NCBI GenBank assembly: GCA_964387825.1
Contig: CAYLWZ010000002.1
Coordinates: 47,375 to 111,374 of the forward strand
DNA: 64,000 bases
Direction: 5' to 3'
Origin: an uncultured Candidatus Saccharibacteria bacterium
GTDB lineage: Bacteria; Patescibacteriota; Minisyncoccia; Minisyncoccales; GWA2-38-27
The notes below the pieces were generated by a model that was given only the letters and a program-made list of their open reading frames with translations, was not told where the DNA came from and did not search any database. Below are positions 19,113-27,868 of the stretch, one piece after another (position 1 is the first letter of the stretch; the number at the start of each line of letters is the position of its first letter). A program made the translations under genes and the position numbers.

Positions 19113-19141
19113 AATATAGCGTTGACTGACGCTAATGTCAA
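19113..19141 (-). promoter_or_regulatory. Sigma70 promoter of the candidate 6S RNA
   Basis: TTGACA (19136-19141), 17-bp spacer, TATATT (19113-19118). Confidence 0.65.
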
Positions 19142-19223
19142 TAAGCAAAATATCGAAATTGTCCAATTTATCTTTTCGCCCCATTTTTAGTAAAAATTGT
19201 GGGATTCGCTAATTTATCAGACC

Positions 19224-20306
19224 TTAAAGCCCTAAGGCCGTTACTATTTGCTTAATCAAAGAAACCACTACCGGAGGAGGCATTAAACTGTAAGAAGAAA
19301 CTCCTTCGTCGTCTAAAACCTGCCAGGGTTTTTTGATAATCTTTACTTTATTGGTTTCTTTATCTAATTGATAATTATACTCCGGGGTAATTTCATAATC
19401 CTCAACAAATTCTTTTGCTTTTTCTATTGGCACAGAGTTCCTTAAAAGAACTTTTGGAATACCATAAAGAGAAAAAGCCTGCTCTATCAATTCTTCGTCT
19501 GTTTTTAATCTGTTTTTTATCGGCTCTATCCCAAACTCATCTCCTTCTTTTTGGACCATCCTCGCTCCTCGGCCTGTCTGCGCAGACGGGCAATCAGGGT
19601 TGTCGCATAATAAATAAAATTTATCTTCTTTTTTATCATATCCGGTTTTTTTTGTCGGAAAAAGCTTCAAACTCCTTGATGTCTGACAAAGAGGGCAAAC
19701 CACTCTGTATTTTATCCTCTCGTCAATAACTGACTCAGGGACGTCAATTAAAACAAAAATATCAGGATCGTTCCGATAATTAATCAAATCCCGAAAGAAA
19801 AGGGAATAAGAAATTTGGTCTAAATCCCGAGGGAAACCATCAATAAAAAGGGCTTTTCTGCCCTTTTTCGCTATCTCTCTTTTCGCCAAAACCAAAATTA
19901 ATTCAGAAGGCAAAAGAATTTTTGTGCTTCTTTTTTCCAAAAAGCTGATTATTTTATCCAGGGATAAAAATCCCCGATAATTTTTCCTTAAAAAGTCAAT
20001 CAGCTCTTTTCTCTTATTCTTATCTACTATTGTCTTGTCAAATTCGCGAACCATATCCCCTATTGAAAAATGTTCTATCCTGTCCTTATCAACCACTTCT
20101 TTAAATATTTTAGCGTAAGTTCCTTTGCCAGAATTTTTTTTGCCTAAAAAATAAGCGATAAAAGTATTTTTCTGCAAATACTCTCTTAATTTTTTTATCT
20201 CTTTTCCCGTTTTTAACTCAAAATATGCCTGTCTGTCTTTAGGGTCTGTTAAATCAAAATCCCTTGAGCTACCATCTAATTTTGTTTTAAAAAGAGGAAA
20301 AGCCAT
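19224..20306 (-). CDS. Adenylate kinase-like nucleoside monophosphate kinase, long form
   Basis: GKKNSGKGT P-loop, SIGDMVR, IDGFPR, Cys-rich lid. Confidence 0.75.
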   Translation of the reverse strand: MAFPLFKTKLDGSSRDFDLTDPKDRQAYFELKTGKEIKKLREYLQKNTFIAYFLGKKNSGKGTYAKIFKEVVDKDRIEHFSIGDMVREFDKTIVDKNKRKELIDFLRKNYRGFLSLDKIISFLEKRSTKILLPSELILVLAKREIAKKGRKALFIDGFPRDLDQISYSLFFRDLINYRNDPDIFVLIDVPESVIDERIKYRVVCPLCQTSRSLKLFPTKKTGYDKKEDKFYLLCDNPDCPSAQTGRGARMVQKEGDEFGIEPIKNRLKTDEELIEQAFSLYGIPKVLLRNSVPIEKAKEFVEDYEITPEYNYQLDKETNKVKIIKKPWQVLDDEGVSSYSLMPPPVVVSLIKQIVTALGL

Positions 20307-20336
20307 AAAATACGAATGATATGCAAATGCTCTAAA

Positions 20337-21209
20337 TTACCTTTTTGACAAAATATCAAGATTTTCTCCATCGGAGAAAATCTTGATATTTCCATTTTCG
20401 TCTGTTCTTAAAACCTGTATAGCAAATTTTTCAAGATTTGCCAAGGTTGTATCGTGGGGATGGCCGTAATTATTGTCTTTGCCGGCTGAAATAACGGCGA
20501 CTTTTGGCAAAACTTTCTCTAAAAACCTTAAAGAACTGGATGTCTTGCTGCCGTGATGGCAAACCTTTAAAACGTCTGACTCTAAGTTAACATTTTTCTC
20601 GATTAATTCCCTTTCTACCTTTTTCCCAATATCGCCGGTAAACAAGAAAGAAACGTCCTTAAAGAATAAATGAGCCACGATAGAAGTATTGTTAGTATTC
20701 TTAGTTTGCTGACCCTCTAAATTTTCAGATGGATGCAAAATCTCCATGAAAATCAAAGGGTCTTTCTGAAGTACTACCTTTTGTCCAGACTGGGCTATTT
20801 TTATCACTGCTTCTTCTTCCTTAATCAATTTATCCCATTCTTTCCATTCAGAATTTTGCCTGACAATTCCTGTCCACAAAATGTTTTTAACTTCGTATCT
20901 TTTTAAAACTTCAAATAATCCGAAATAATGGTCGTGCTCCGGGTGGGTGAGGATTATCAAATCAATAGTTCTGTCATAAAAGGGCATCTCTGCCGCCAAT
21001 TTTTCCAAGATTGCGGAGGATGGACCTCCATCAATCAAAATTTGCTGTTTTTGAGGCGTTTCAATAAAAATACTGTCTCCCTGCCCTATGTCAAAAAAAA
21101 CCACCTCAAGCGGTTGAGAATTATTTATGTCATAAATAACAAACCAAGCAAGAATATTCGCGGAAACAAGTCCGAATAATATAAAAAAAACTAATTTCTT
21201 GTTTCTCAT
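20337..21209 (-). CDS. ComEC/Rec2-type metallo-beta-lactamase domain protein
   Basis: DIGQGD, THPEHDH, HHGS, YGHP. Confidence 0.88.
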   Translation of the reverse strand: MRNKKLVFFILFGLVSANILAWFVIYDINNSQPLEVVFFDIGQGDSIFIETPQKQQILIDGGPSSAILEKLAAEMPFYDRTIDLIILTHPEHDHYFGLFEVLKRYEVKNILWTGIVRQNSEWKEWDKLIKEEEAVIKIAQSGQKVVLQKDPLIFMEILHPSENLEGQQTKNTNNTSIVAHLFFKDVSFLFTGDIGKKVERELIEKNVNLESDVLKVCHHGSKTSSSLRFLEKVLPKVAVISAGKDNNYGHPHDTTLANLEKFAIQVLRTDENGNIKIFSDGENLDILSKR

Positions 21210-21256
21210 TTTCTATTTTTCATACAAGCATTATGATAAAAATATTGCTATCCAAA

Positions 21257-21361
21257 AATGAACTACCTCGCCCCAAAAGGGCGAGGTGTCCCTCCGGGCG
21301 AGTTCTTTCGGTAGATGTATCCTCGCCGCGGAGCGGCGAGGTATTTATGTTCCGAAATAAA
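21257..21361. mobile_element. Family-C 105-bp two-hairpin element (resembles IS200/IS605 ends), intergenic
   Basis: Near-identical, same-length copy at 63210-63314. Confidence 0.8.
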
Positions 21362-21393
21362 TTCTTTTATTAACCGTTCGGTTTATTAAAAAT

Positions 21394-21432
21394 AACCCCC
21401 ACTTTTTTAAACTTTTTAAAAAAGTGGGGGTG
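21394..21432. terminator. Long hairpin downstream of the small DNA-binding gene
   Basis: acccccacttttttaaa-ctt-tttaaaaaagtgggggt. Confidence 0.5.
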
Positions 21433-21450
21433 GTTAAAACCGAAAGAGAA

Positions 21451-21636
21451 TTATTTTAATTGTTCTGCCTGGTCTTTTGAAAGCACTCTCCAGCATTCAT
21501 GCTCGCCAACCTGCGATTTGGCAACCGCAAAATACCTATCTCTTCCTTTTGCTTGTTTTTTAACAACTCTGTAATCGTCTGTAATAAATTTCTTCTTTGA
21601 TTTTACATCATAAAAGCTTAATTTTTCTTTTGTCAT
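21451..21636 (-). CDS. Small basic protein resembling crenarchaeal chromatin protein CC1
   Basis: KLSFYDVKSKKKFITDDY...YFAVAKS pattern, recalled from CC1. Confidence 0.6.
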   Translation of the reverse strand: MTKEKLSFYDVKSKKKFITDDYRVVKKQAKGRDRYFAVAKSQVGEHECWRVLSKDQAEQLK

Positions 21637-21667
21637 AATAATATGAATAATAATACAAACTAGTTTT

Positions 21668-21875
21668 AGAGCGCGGGATTCAAACCAGAATCAATTTAGC
21701 TCCGTCCGTAGGGAAACGAAATAATGGGTCAATTTCTTCGTCACTCCTCCTCAAGGTATTAATTCTTAATACCTCTTCGTCGTTCTATACCCGTCCGGGA
21801 CGGACTAGGATCGTTCCTCGAACTTAACCCATTCTTTCGTTTCTAAACTTGGTTCTGGTTTGAATCCCACGCTCT
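21668..21875. mobile_element. Family-D composite MITE (208 bp) with tRNA T-arm-like TIRs
   Basis: agagcgcgggattcaaaccagaa...ttctggtttgaatcccacgctct, TTTA on both flanks; inverted copy at 27983. Confidence 0.85.
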
Positions 21876-21994
21876 TTACCGACCTTTTAAAGAATCTAAA
21901 AAGTTTTCCACACCCTGATTATATTATTTATACCTTAATTCAAATGAAAATGGTAGTCAAGGGATAAAAAGCCGCCTATTTGTTTAAGACTTAG

Positions 21995-22993
21995 CTATTT
22001 GATTTGAATCTTGAAATTCACGTCCTTTTTATGGCGGGCTTTCGCAGAGTAATATTTCGTTAGAGATTTTGCTTTTTCTAAAACTTTTTTTGGAATTCTT
22101 GCCTTTCCGCAACTGCGAACCAAAACAATAGGTCCGGGATAATTTTCCATCTCTATTAAAATATCGCCTTTCTTGGCTAACTTTTCAATTTCTATATCTT
22201 CTTTCTCGTTTCTCCCTGCAATAATCTTTACCCTGATCTTGTCGAAGGGCCAAAAATGCCGACCGAGTTTTAAAAGCGTAATATCGTTTTCGCCGCACCG
22301 GGGATGTTTTTCAAACAACTCTTTTAGTTTCTTCCCAAATTCCAAGTCCGTGAGCAAACAGCCGCCGGCAGGGGCAGGATACCAATTAATGCGCCATTTT
22401 TTTGCCAGCTCTATCTGCTTTTTCCTTGAACGGCCAGACATGCTTAAAAGTTTCTTTCTGTCTATTAGTCCTTCTTTCTCTGGAATAGTCAAAGGCAACA
22501 ATCTTGCCGAAAGAGGCCTTAAAAGATAGCCGGAAAGCAGAGACTCTCTTTCTGTTATTTCTAAAGATTTTTTGTTTTGAGTCATCGGCCTTTCTCCTAA
22601 TACTTCCCCTGTCGCCACAAAATCAAAATGGCGATTTATAAAATATTGTCTGGCTTTTTTAAGCATCAAAATGCGGCAATCAAGGCAGGGGTTCATCGCC
22701 GAGCCATATCCGTATTTTGGGGATTTCACTATTTTCAGATGCTCCCTTGAAATATCAACAACCTTTAAGTTTATCCCTAGGCCGTCTGCTGTCGCAGACA
22801 GCGGGTTAGGCCTCAAACTTTTAGCAGAAGATTCGGCTTGTCTTGCGTCAAAAAAATAACTAAAAAAAGCAATGCCGAAAACATTGATTTCCTGCTCCAT
22901 TAAAATCTTAGCCGCTAAAATTGAATCTAATCCTCCAGAGAATAATACCAATGCTTTCGGTTTCTTTGTTATTTTCTCTGATGTCAAAGCCAT
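21995..22993 (-). CDS. ThiI-like PP-loop tRNA thiolation protein
   Basis: SGGLDS, NPCLDCR, TGEVLGERPMTQ, PAGGCLLT. Confidence 0.8.
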   Translation of the reverse strand: MALTSEKITKKPKALVLFSGGLDSILAAKILMEQEINVFGIAFFSYFFDARQAESSAKSLRPNPLSATADGLGINLKVVDISREHLKIVKSPKYGYGSAMNPCLDCRILMLKKARQYFINRHFDFVATGEVLGERPMTQNKKSLEITERESLLSGYLLRPLSARLLPLTIPEKEGLIDRKKLLSMSGRSRKKQIELAKKWRINWYPAPAGGCLLTDLEFGKKLKELFEKHPRCGENDITLLKLGRHFWPFDKIRVKIIAGRNEKEDIEIEKLAKKGDILIEMENYPGPIVLVRSCGKARIPKKVLEKAKSLTKYYSAKARHKKDVNFKIQIK

Positions 22994-24174
22994 ATTATTC
23001 CTCCGCCCAAAACCTCCTCGCCCTTACTTGCCTTGCCAGCAGGCAGGTAAAAGACAACCGACTGACCAGCAGTAATTGCTCTCTGAGGTTTTGCGAACAC
23101 TACTTTAATCCTACCTTCTTTTTGCTTATTAATCACGACCAAAGCCGGCTTATGCCTATATCTTATTTTTGCCATTGCTTTTAAGGGAAATTTTGGCGTT
23201 TTTCCTGAAATCCAATTAACATTTTCAGCAATCAGCTCTTTTTTATACAGAGATTTCTCATTTTTTGTAATAATCAAAAAATTTCTTTTTAGGTCCTTCC
23301 TCAAAACATAAAATGGTCCGCCTGGAAGTTTTATTCCTTTTCTTTGGCCAATAGTATAAAAAGCCAATCCTTTATGTTTCCCCAAAACCCGGTATCCCTT
23401 AGGCATTCTGATGTTCTTGAGAACATCAGAACGTTTATCAGTGCCTGTTATTGTTGTCGGTAAAACTTTTTGCCCTTTATTGCTAAAAATTTTTTCTACT
23501 ATTAAACCAGGATTCGGCCTTAAATATTTTTCTAAAAAATCATTGACAGTAGTTTCAATAAAACAAATCTCCTGTGATTCCAGAACATTAAGAACCGGCA
23601 ATTTAAATTCTTTTGCTAATTCCTTAACTTCGCTTTTTTTGTATCCGCCCACGGGGAATAAAACATTATTCAGGATTCTTTGATTTAACTGCCATAAAAA
23701 ATAGGATTGGTCTTTTTCTTTGTCTCTCCCTCTTAGTAATTTACCCTCTCTTGTTCTTGCGTAATGGCCAGTGGCGACAAAATCCGCTTTTAACTTTTTA
23801 AGTTCTTTTAATAAAAAATTAAACTTAACTTCTTTATTGCAAACAACACAAGGGTTTGGAGTTTTTCCTTTTTTATGCTCCCTGACAAATGGTTTTATCA
23901 CTTTTTCTCTAAACACCTTTCTAAGATTTAAAACTCGAAAAGAAACGCCGAGTTTCTTGGCGACTATCTTAGCCCTTCTCTCGTTTTTTATAGAAGACTT
24001 CAAGTCGTCTAATTTCATAAAAACTCCGATAACATTATAGCCGGCCTCTTTTAAAAAGGCGGCTGCTACCGAACTGTCCATTCCGCCGGACATTGCTGTT
24101 ATTACTTTAATTTTATCTGGCTTTCTCTTAATTCCTGTTTTTTTAGATTCTATTTTTTTAATTTTTTTATTCAT
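22984..24174 (-). CDS. mnmA: tRNA 2-thiouridylase MnmA
   Basis: SGGMDS, PNPCVVCN, ATGHY, KDQSYFL, ESQEICF, YTIGQR. Confidence 0.95.
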   Translation of the reverse strand: MNKKIKKIESKKTGIKRKPDKIKVITAMSGGMDSSVAAAFLKEAGYNVIGVFMKLDDLKSSIKNERRAKIVAKKLGVSFRVLNLRKVFREKVIKPFVREHKKGKTPNPCVVCNKEVKFNFLLKELKKLKADFVATGHYARTREGKLLRGRDKEKDQSYFLWQLNQRILNNVLFPVGGYKKSEVKELAKEFKLPVLNVLESQEICFIETTVNDFLEKYLRPNPGLIVEKIFSNKGQKVLPTTITGTDKRSDVLKNIRMPKGYRVLGKHKGLAFYTIGQRKGIKLPGGPFYVLRKDLKRNFLIITKNEKSLYKKELIAENVNWISGKTPKFPLKAMAKIRYRHKPALVVINKQKEGRIKVVFAKPQRAITAGQSVVFYLPAGKASKGEEVLGGGIIWL

Positions 24175-24183
24175 AAATCAGCT

Positions 24184-24217
24184 TGACAGAAATCTCACGA
24201 TCGTGAGATTTTTGTCA
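24184..24217. repeat. 34-bp palindrome
   Basis: tgacagaaatctcacgatcgtgagatttttgtca. Confidence 0.6.
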
Positions 24218-24228
24218 GGACCATAATT

Positions 24229-24852
24229 TCATTTTGGAAGATATTTTCTGTACTCCTTAATGATAAACCGCCATTTACGGCGAGACCAATAAGGGCCGGC
24301 GTAATCAATGCCAATTCTTCCGGTTGTTAAAACTTGAGAATCTTTTGTCTCTTCGCCCCGATTCTCCAACCAAATTTTCTTACTTTTAGTCAAATCTTCC
24401 CCGTAAAAAGATTTATCTAATTTTAAATAACGGCAGACCTTTCCCGGTCCGTTGGCAAGGGACAGTCCCTTGACTGTCCCTTGACTGTCCCTCAACTCCG
24501 GCTTGATTGCGCGGATAAGGACGCACTCCGGCTCTCCGGCGCCGGCAGTGGTAATATTCAATTGCCAGTACATTCCGTAAACCAAATAAATATAAATATG
24601 GCCGCCAATTAAATATTCAACCTTGTTCCGAGGAGTTATCCTTCCTTTGTAAGAATGAGCTGCCTTGTCTTGAGGCCCGACGTATGCCTCGGTCTCTATG
24701 ATTTTGCCTGCTATTTTCTCGGTAACAATTTTTTTTACCCCGTTAGAAATCAAAGATTTTCTAACGGGGCGAACAATATATTTTCCTAAAAGTTCTTTGG
24801 CTATTTTTAAAGTCGGCTGAGTATAAAAATTTCTAGATAATTTTTTTCTCAT
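24229..24852 (-). CDS. mpg: 3-methyladenine DNA glycosylase (AAG/MPG family) with two repeat insertions
   Basis: IIETEAY, YLVYGM, VLIRA, NGPGK, RIGI. Confidence 0.92.
   Translation of the reverse strand: MRKKLSRNFYTQPTLKIAKELLGKYIVRPVRKSLISNGVKKIVTEKIAGKIIETEAYVGPQDKAAHSYKGRITPRNKVEYLIGGHIYIYLVYGMYWQLNITTAGAGEPECVLIRAIKPELRDSQGTVKGLSLANGPGKVCRYLKLDKSFYGEDLTKSKKIWLENRGEETKDSQVLTTGRIGIDYAGPYWSRRKWRFIIKEYRKYLPK
24737..24770. mobile_element. Family-A MITE, short variant (34 bp), in-frame in mpg
   Basis: accccgttagaaa...tttctaacggggc; encodes PVRKSLISNG. Confidence 0.75.
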
Positions 24853-24947
24853 TTACAGTTTTGTTTTTTACTAAATTAGTAAAAAAGCGCTCGCGCTGAT
24901 TACAACAATACTTAAACGCCTTTCGCCTAACATCGCAACTATTACTT

Positions 24948-25916
24948 TCACAATTTCAAAAAACCGCCAACAATTAAATTAATTGCTTCTTTTTCCGATA
25001 AACCCCTCATTCTTAAATACACCAGTTCCTCTTCTGAAATTCTTCCTATTGAGGCCTCATGAGTAAGCTGAGCATCTTTATTCCGACAAACTAATTCTGG
25101 GATTAAGGAAATATTAGCTGATTTATTTATCAATAGGCCCTGACAATCTAAATGGCCCTTTGACGGAGCTTCCGCCACAATTTTAGAAATTGCCTCAATT
25201 TTACTTTTCTTTCTTCCGACTAATCTTATTCTAAGCACTCCTTGAGAATCCCGGCCCTTAAGAAAAATAATATCTTCCACTTTAATCTTTGAATTCAAGG
25301 AATTAATAATAAAATTTAAATTTGAAGAAGAATTTTTTCCGCTAAATATAACAGTCTTCATCTGAAGATTCTTTGGGGAAAATAAGTTCTTATAAGAATA
25401 AATTAGTTTAGAGTCCTTCCCAAGAATAAACTCATAATCTGTGCCAACAAAGTCTTTTTGTCCCCACTTATGAAGATTTCTATATTCCAGGGTCGCATTG
25501 TCTTTAAGGATAATCTTGCCTTGAGCCAGGTGGGTTCCGCATAAATTGTTTTTAGTTGCGTTGCAAGCCGCGTTAACTTTTGCTTTTACTCCTTTCTCAA
25601 CGATTATCAGGTTCTGTAAATTTTGAGAAGTTTTTGGAGAAGCAATGGTGATACAAGTTGCCAAAGGAAAATCTGTTTGCCTTTTTAACCAAATAAAGTA
25701 GCCTTCCTTTGGCTTTTTCTTGAACCAAACTCTTGACCACTTATACTTCTCCCAAGCTTTCGGACTGGAAAGAATAATAACTTCTTTCAGCTTAAAAATA
25801 TCTTTTACTTTATGGTCTACTTGCCAATAATTTACCCCATTAGAGATGTTCTCTTTCTTTGATTTATCCACGTTCTCAAAATCTCTAACGGGGCTTACAT
25901 TTTTTACATTTCTCAT
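24948..25916 (-). CDS. SufB/SufD-family Fe-S scaffold (SmsB-like)
   Basis: GHLDCQGLL, IPEL, THEASIGRI, YLRMRGL. Confidence 0.85.
   Translation of the reverse strand: MRNVKNVSPVRDFENVDKSKKENISNGVNYWQVDHKVKDIFKLKEVIILSSPKAWEKYKWSRVWFKKKPKEGYFIWLKRQTDFPLATCITIASPKTSQNLQNLIIVEKGVKAKVNAACNATKNNLCGTHLAQGKIILKDNATLEYRNLHKWGQKDFVGTDYEFILGKDSKLIYSYKNLFSPKNLQMKTVIFSGKNSSSNLNFIINSLNSKIKVEDIIFLKGRDSQGVLRIRLVGRKKSKIEAISKIVAEAPSKGHLDCQGLLINKSANISLIPELVCRNKDAQLTHEASIGRISEEELVYLRMRGLSEKEAINLIVGGFLKL
25834..25894. mobile_element. Family-A MITE (61 bp), in-frame in the sufB-like gene
   Basis: accccattagaga...tctctaacggggc; encodes PVRDFENVDKSKKENISNG. Confidence 0.8.
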
Positions 25917-26583
25917 AACCATATTTCTTTATGGCTCTTAAAACTTTTTTAAAATCTTTCTCGCGGCAAATAAGTTTTCCGTCAAGTATTACATTGGTAA
26001 AATCTGGTTTCAAAAAATTTAAAATCTGTCCCCAGTGAGTAATTAATAAGATTGAAACGTTTTTATTGACCAATTCTTTTTTTATTATCCCCGAAACTTT
26101 CTTTAATATTTTAATATCTAACCCGGAATCTATTTCGTCAAAAACTACAAACCTTGGCCTTAAGGCTATTATCTGAAGAAGTTCTGAGATTTTTTTCTCG
26201 CCGCCTGAAAGATTCAAATTCACTTCTCTTTCTAATATATGAGGAGTTATTTTCTCTTGAGATTCTGTTTTAGCAATTTTATTTATAAGTTTAGAAAGCG
26301 TCAAACCCTTGATAGCCGGCGGTGATTGCCAAGCCATTGCTATTCCAATTTCTGCTCTTTTTTCTGGAGAAAGTTCGGTGATTTCTTTTCCCTGAAAGAA
26401 AATTTTTCCTTCGCCTACTTTATATTTCGGATTTCCTGAAATTGTCTGCGCAAAACAGCTTTTTCCGCTTCCGTTCGGACCCAAAAGCACTTGCACCTCT
26501 CCCTCTCTTATTCGAAAATCCATCCCTTTTAGAATTTCTTTTGTACCGACTTTAACTTTTAAATTTTTAGTCTCTAAAAGCAT
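25885..26583 (-). CDS. sufC: SufC-like ABC ATPase (SmsC-like, C-terminal CxxC)
   Basis: GPNGSGKS, LSGGEKK, DEIDSGLD, C-terminal CKKC. Confidence 0.85.
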   Translation of the reverse strand: MLLETKNLKVKVGTKEILKGMDFRIREGEVQVLLGPNGSGKSCFAQTISGNPKYKVGEGKIFFQGKEITELSPEKRAEIGIAMAWQSPPAIKGLTLSKLINKIAKTESQEKITPHILEREVNLNLSGGEKKISELLQIIALRPRFVVFDEIDSGLDIKILKKVSGIIKKELVNKNVSILLITHWGQILNFLKPDFTNVILDGKLICREKDFKKVLRAIKKYGYEKCKKCKPR

Positions 26584-26648
26584 AGTAATTTTTGTGGATG
26601 TTGATGCCTGGCGCTAATAGGCCATCAAAGCGCTAAAACTTCTTAGAA

Positions 26649-27038
26649 TTATTTAATTAAACTTTTTAAAGTAATTGAATTTAAGATGGTATTTAAAGAA
26701 TTCTGGACCTTTTTCCAGACATTTCTTGTCAAGCAATTTCTGGTTCTCTTACATTCCCGGCAAAAAAGAAAAACGCTTGTTTTGTCTAAAGTCCTCACCA
26801 CATCTCCGATAGTAATTTTTTGAGGATTATGAGCTATAAAATACCCTCCCTGAACGCCTTTTTTTGCTTTAACTAAACCTGCTTTTTTCATTTCCAAAAT
26901 TATTTTTTCTAAAAAATTAAAAGGGATATCTTCTTTTTCAGAGATTGTTTTCAAAGAAACAACTTTTTTTTGAGGAAAAAATTTTGCCAAATAAACCATT
27001 GCCCGAAGTCCGTATTGCGCTTTTTTAGAAAATCTCAT
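26649..27038 (-). CDS. Rrf2-family regulator (IscR-like, three Cys)
   Basis: YGLRAM, KGVQGGY, CRECKRTRNC. Confidence 0.9.
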   Translation of the reverse strand: MRFSKKAQYGLRAMVYLAKFFPQKKVVSLKTISEKEDIPFNFLEKIILEMKKAGLVKAKKGVQGGYFIAHNPQKITIGDVVRTLDKTSVFLFCRECKRTRNCLTRNVWKKVQNSLNTILNSITLKSLIK

Positions 27039-27054
27039 ATTCTAATAAAATATA

Positions 27055-27079
27055 AAACCCGACAATTTTAGTCGGGTTT
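27055..27079. promoter_or_regulatory. Rrf2/IscR-type operator
   Basis: aaacccgac-aatttta-gtcgggttt just upstream of rrf2. Confidence 0.65.
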
Positions 27080-27181
27080 ACTTTAACAAAAATAAAAACT
27101 TATATCAATGCACAAACTGTGACTATAAAAATAGCGAAAGATTGTCCTCCGCTAAATTAAGGGTTTTTTGATATTTATTAT

Positions 27182-27658
27182 TCATTTCTTTCTTCTTTTT
27201 TTTAATTGGTGGATACAAACACCGCCTTGTATCCTTTTGCTCATATTACAGTTAAAACACATAACTTGCAATCTTAAATTTTTTGGATAATTATTAACCT
27301 TTAGCCATTTTAAAAATGAAGTTCCGATTCCATGTTTCTTCCGCTGTTTATTTCCATTGTTATCGATATGGTCTAAACATAAAAAATCTATTTCTGTTTC
27401 CCCGCAACAAACACATTTTGGTTTCTTGCTCCCATATGATTGCAATGCTTTAATTTTTAGTCCTTTCCTATACCTTTTACTCTCTTCAATTACCTTTTCT
27501 TTATTCTTTTTCTTCCATAATCTACTTCTTTCTTTAAATTTCTCTGAACTCTCTAAATAATATTGGTGAGCTTTTTTATTAGCACATTCTTTACATATAC
27601 GGAACTTAACAAGAGTACCATCTCTATTTTTAGTTGTTCCGCATAAATAACATTTCAT
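27182..27658 (-). CDS. HNH-like Zn-finger protein (phage type)
   Basis: CxxC pairs, LDHIDNNG...CFNCN. Confidence 0.65.
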   Translation of the reverse strand: MKCYLCGTTKNRDGTLVKFRICKECANKKAHQYYLESSEKFKERSRLWKKKNKEKVIEESKRYRKGLKIKALQSYGSKKPKCVCCGETEIDFLCLDHIDNNGNKQRKKHGIGTSFLKWLKVNNYPKNLRLQVMCFNCNMSKRIQGGVCIHQLKKRRKK

Positions 27659-27803
27659 ACATGTTTCAATTTTGCTTTTTTATAAACATTAGAAAAAAAT
27701 TAAAATAAAAAACCGATTATTTAACCGGTTTTAGTATATCATGGAACAAAACGGCTTGTCAATGTATTACTTATTTAAAGCACAACAGCAAAAACAACAA
27801 GAT

Positions 27804-27845
27804 AAAAAAAGCGAGACCCATCCTCGTTGCGAGGCTAGGTCTCGC
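27804..27845 (-). terminator. Intrinsic terminator downstream of the DUF1858-like gene
   Basis: GCGAGACC...GGTCTCGC followed by T7 on the minus strand. Confidence 0.6.
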
Positions 27846-27868
27846 AGAAACCTCCTTACCACCATCTA

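Noticed and set aside
21852-21875. GGTT(C/T)GAATCCC T-arm motif suggesting a tRNA gene (also at 27983, 28261, 40780)
   Set aside because: No D or anticodon arm; it is the terminal inverted repeat of a MITE
24885-24945. GCCTAAC suggesting an integron attC site
   Set aside because: No matching GTTRRRY box or attC fold, and no integrase
27804-27868. Riboswitch-like GC-rich leader
   Set aside because: No aptamer motif recognised; adequately explained as a terminator
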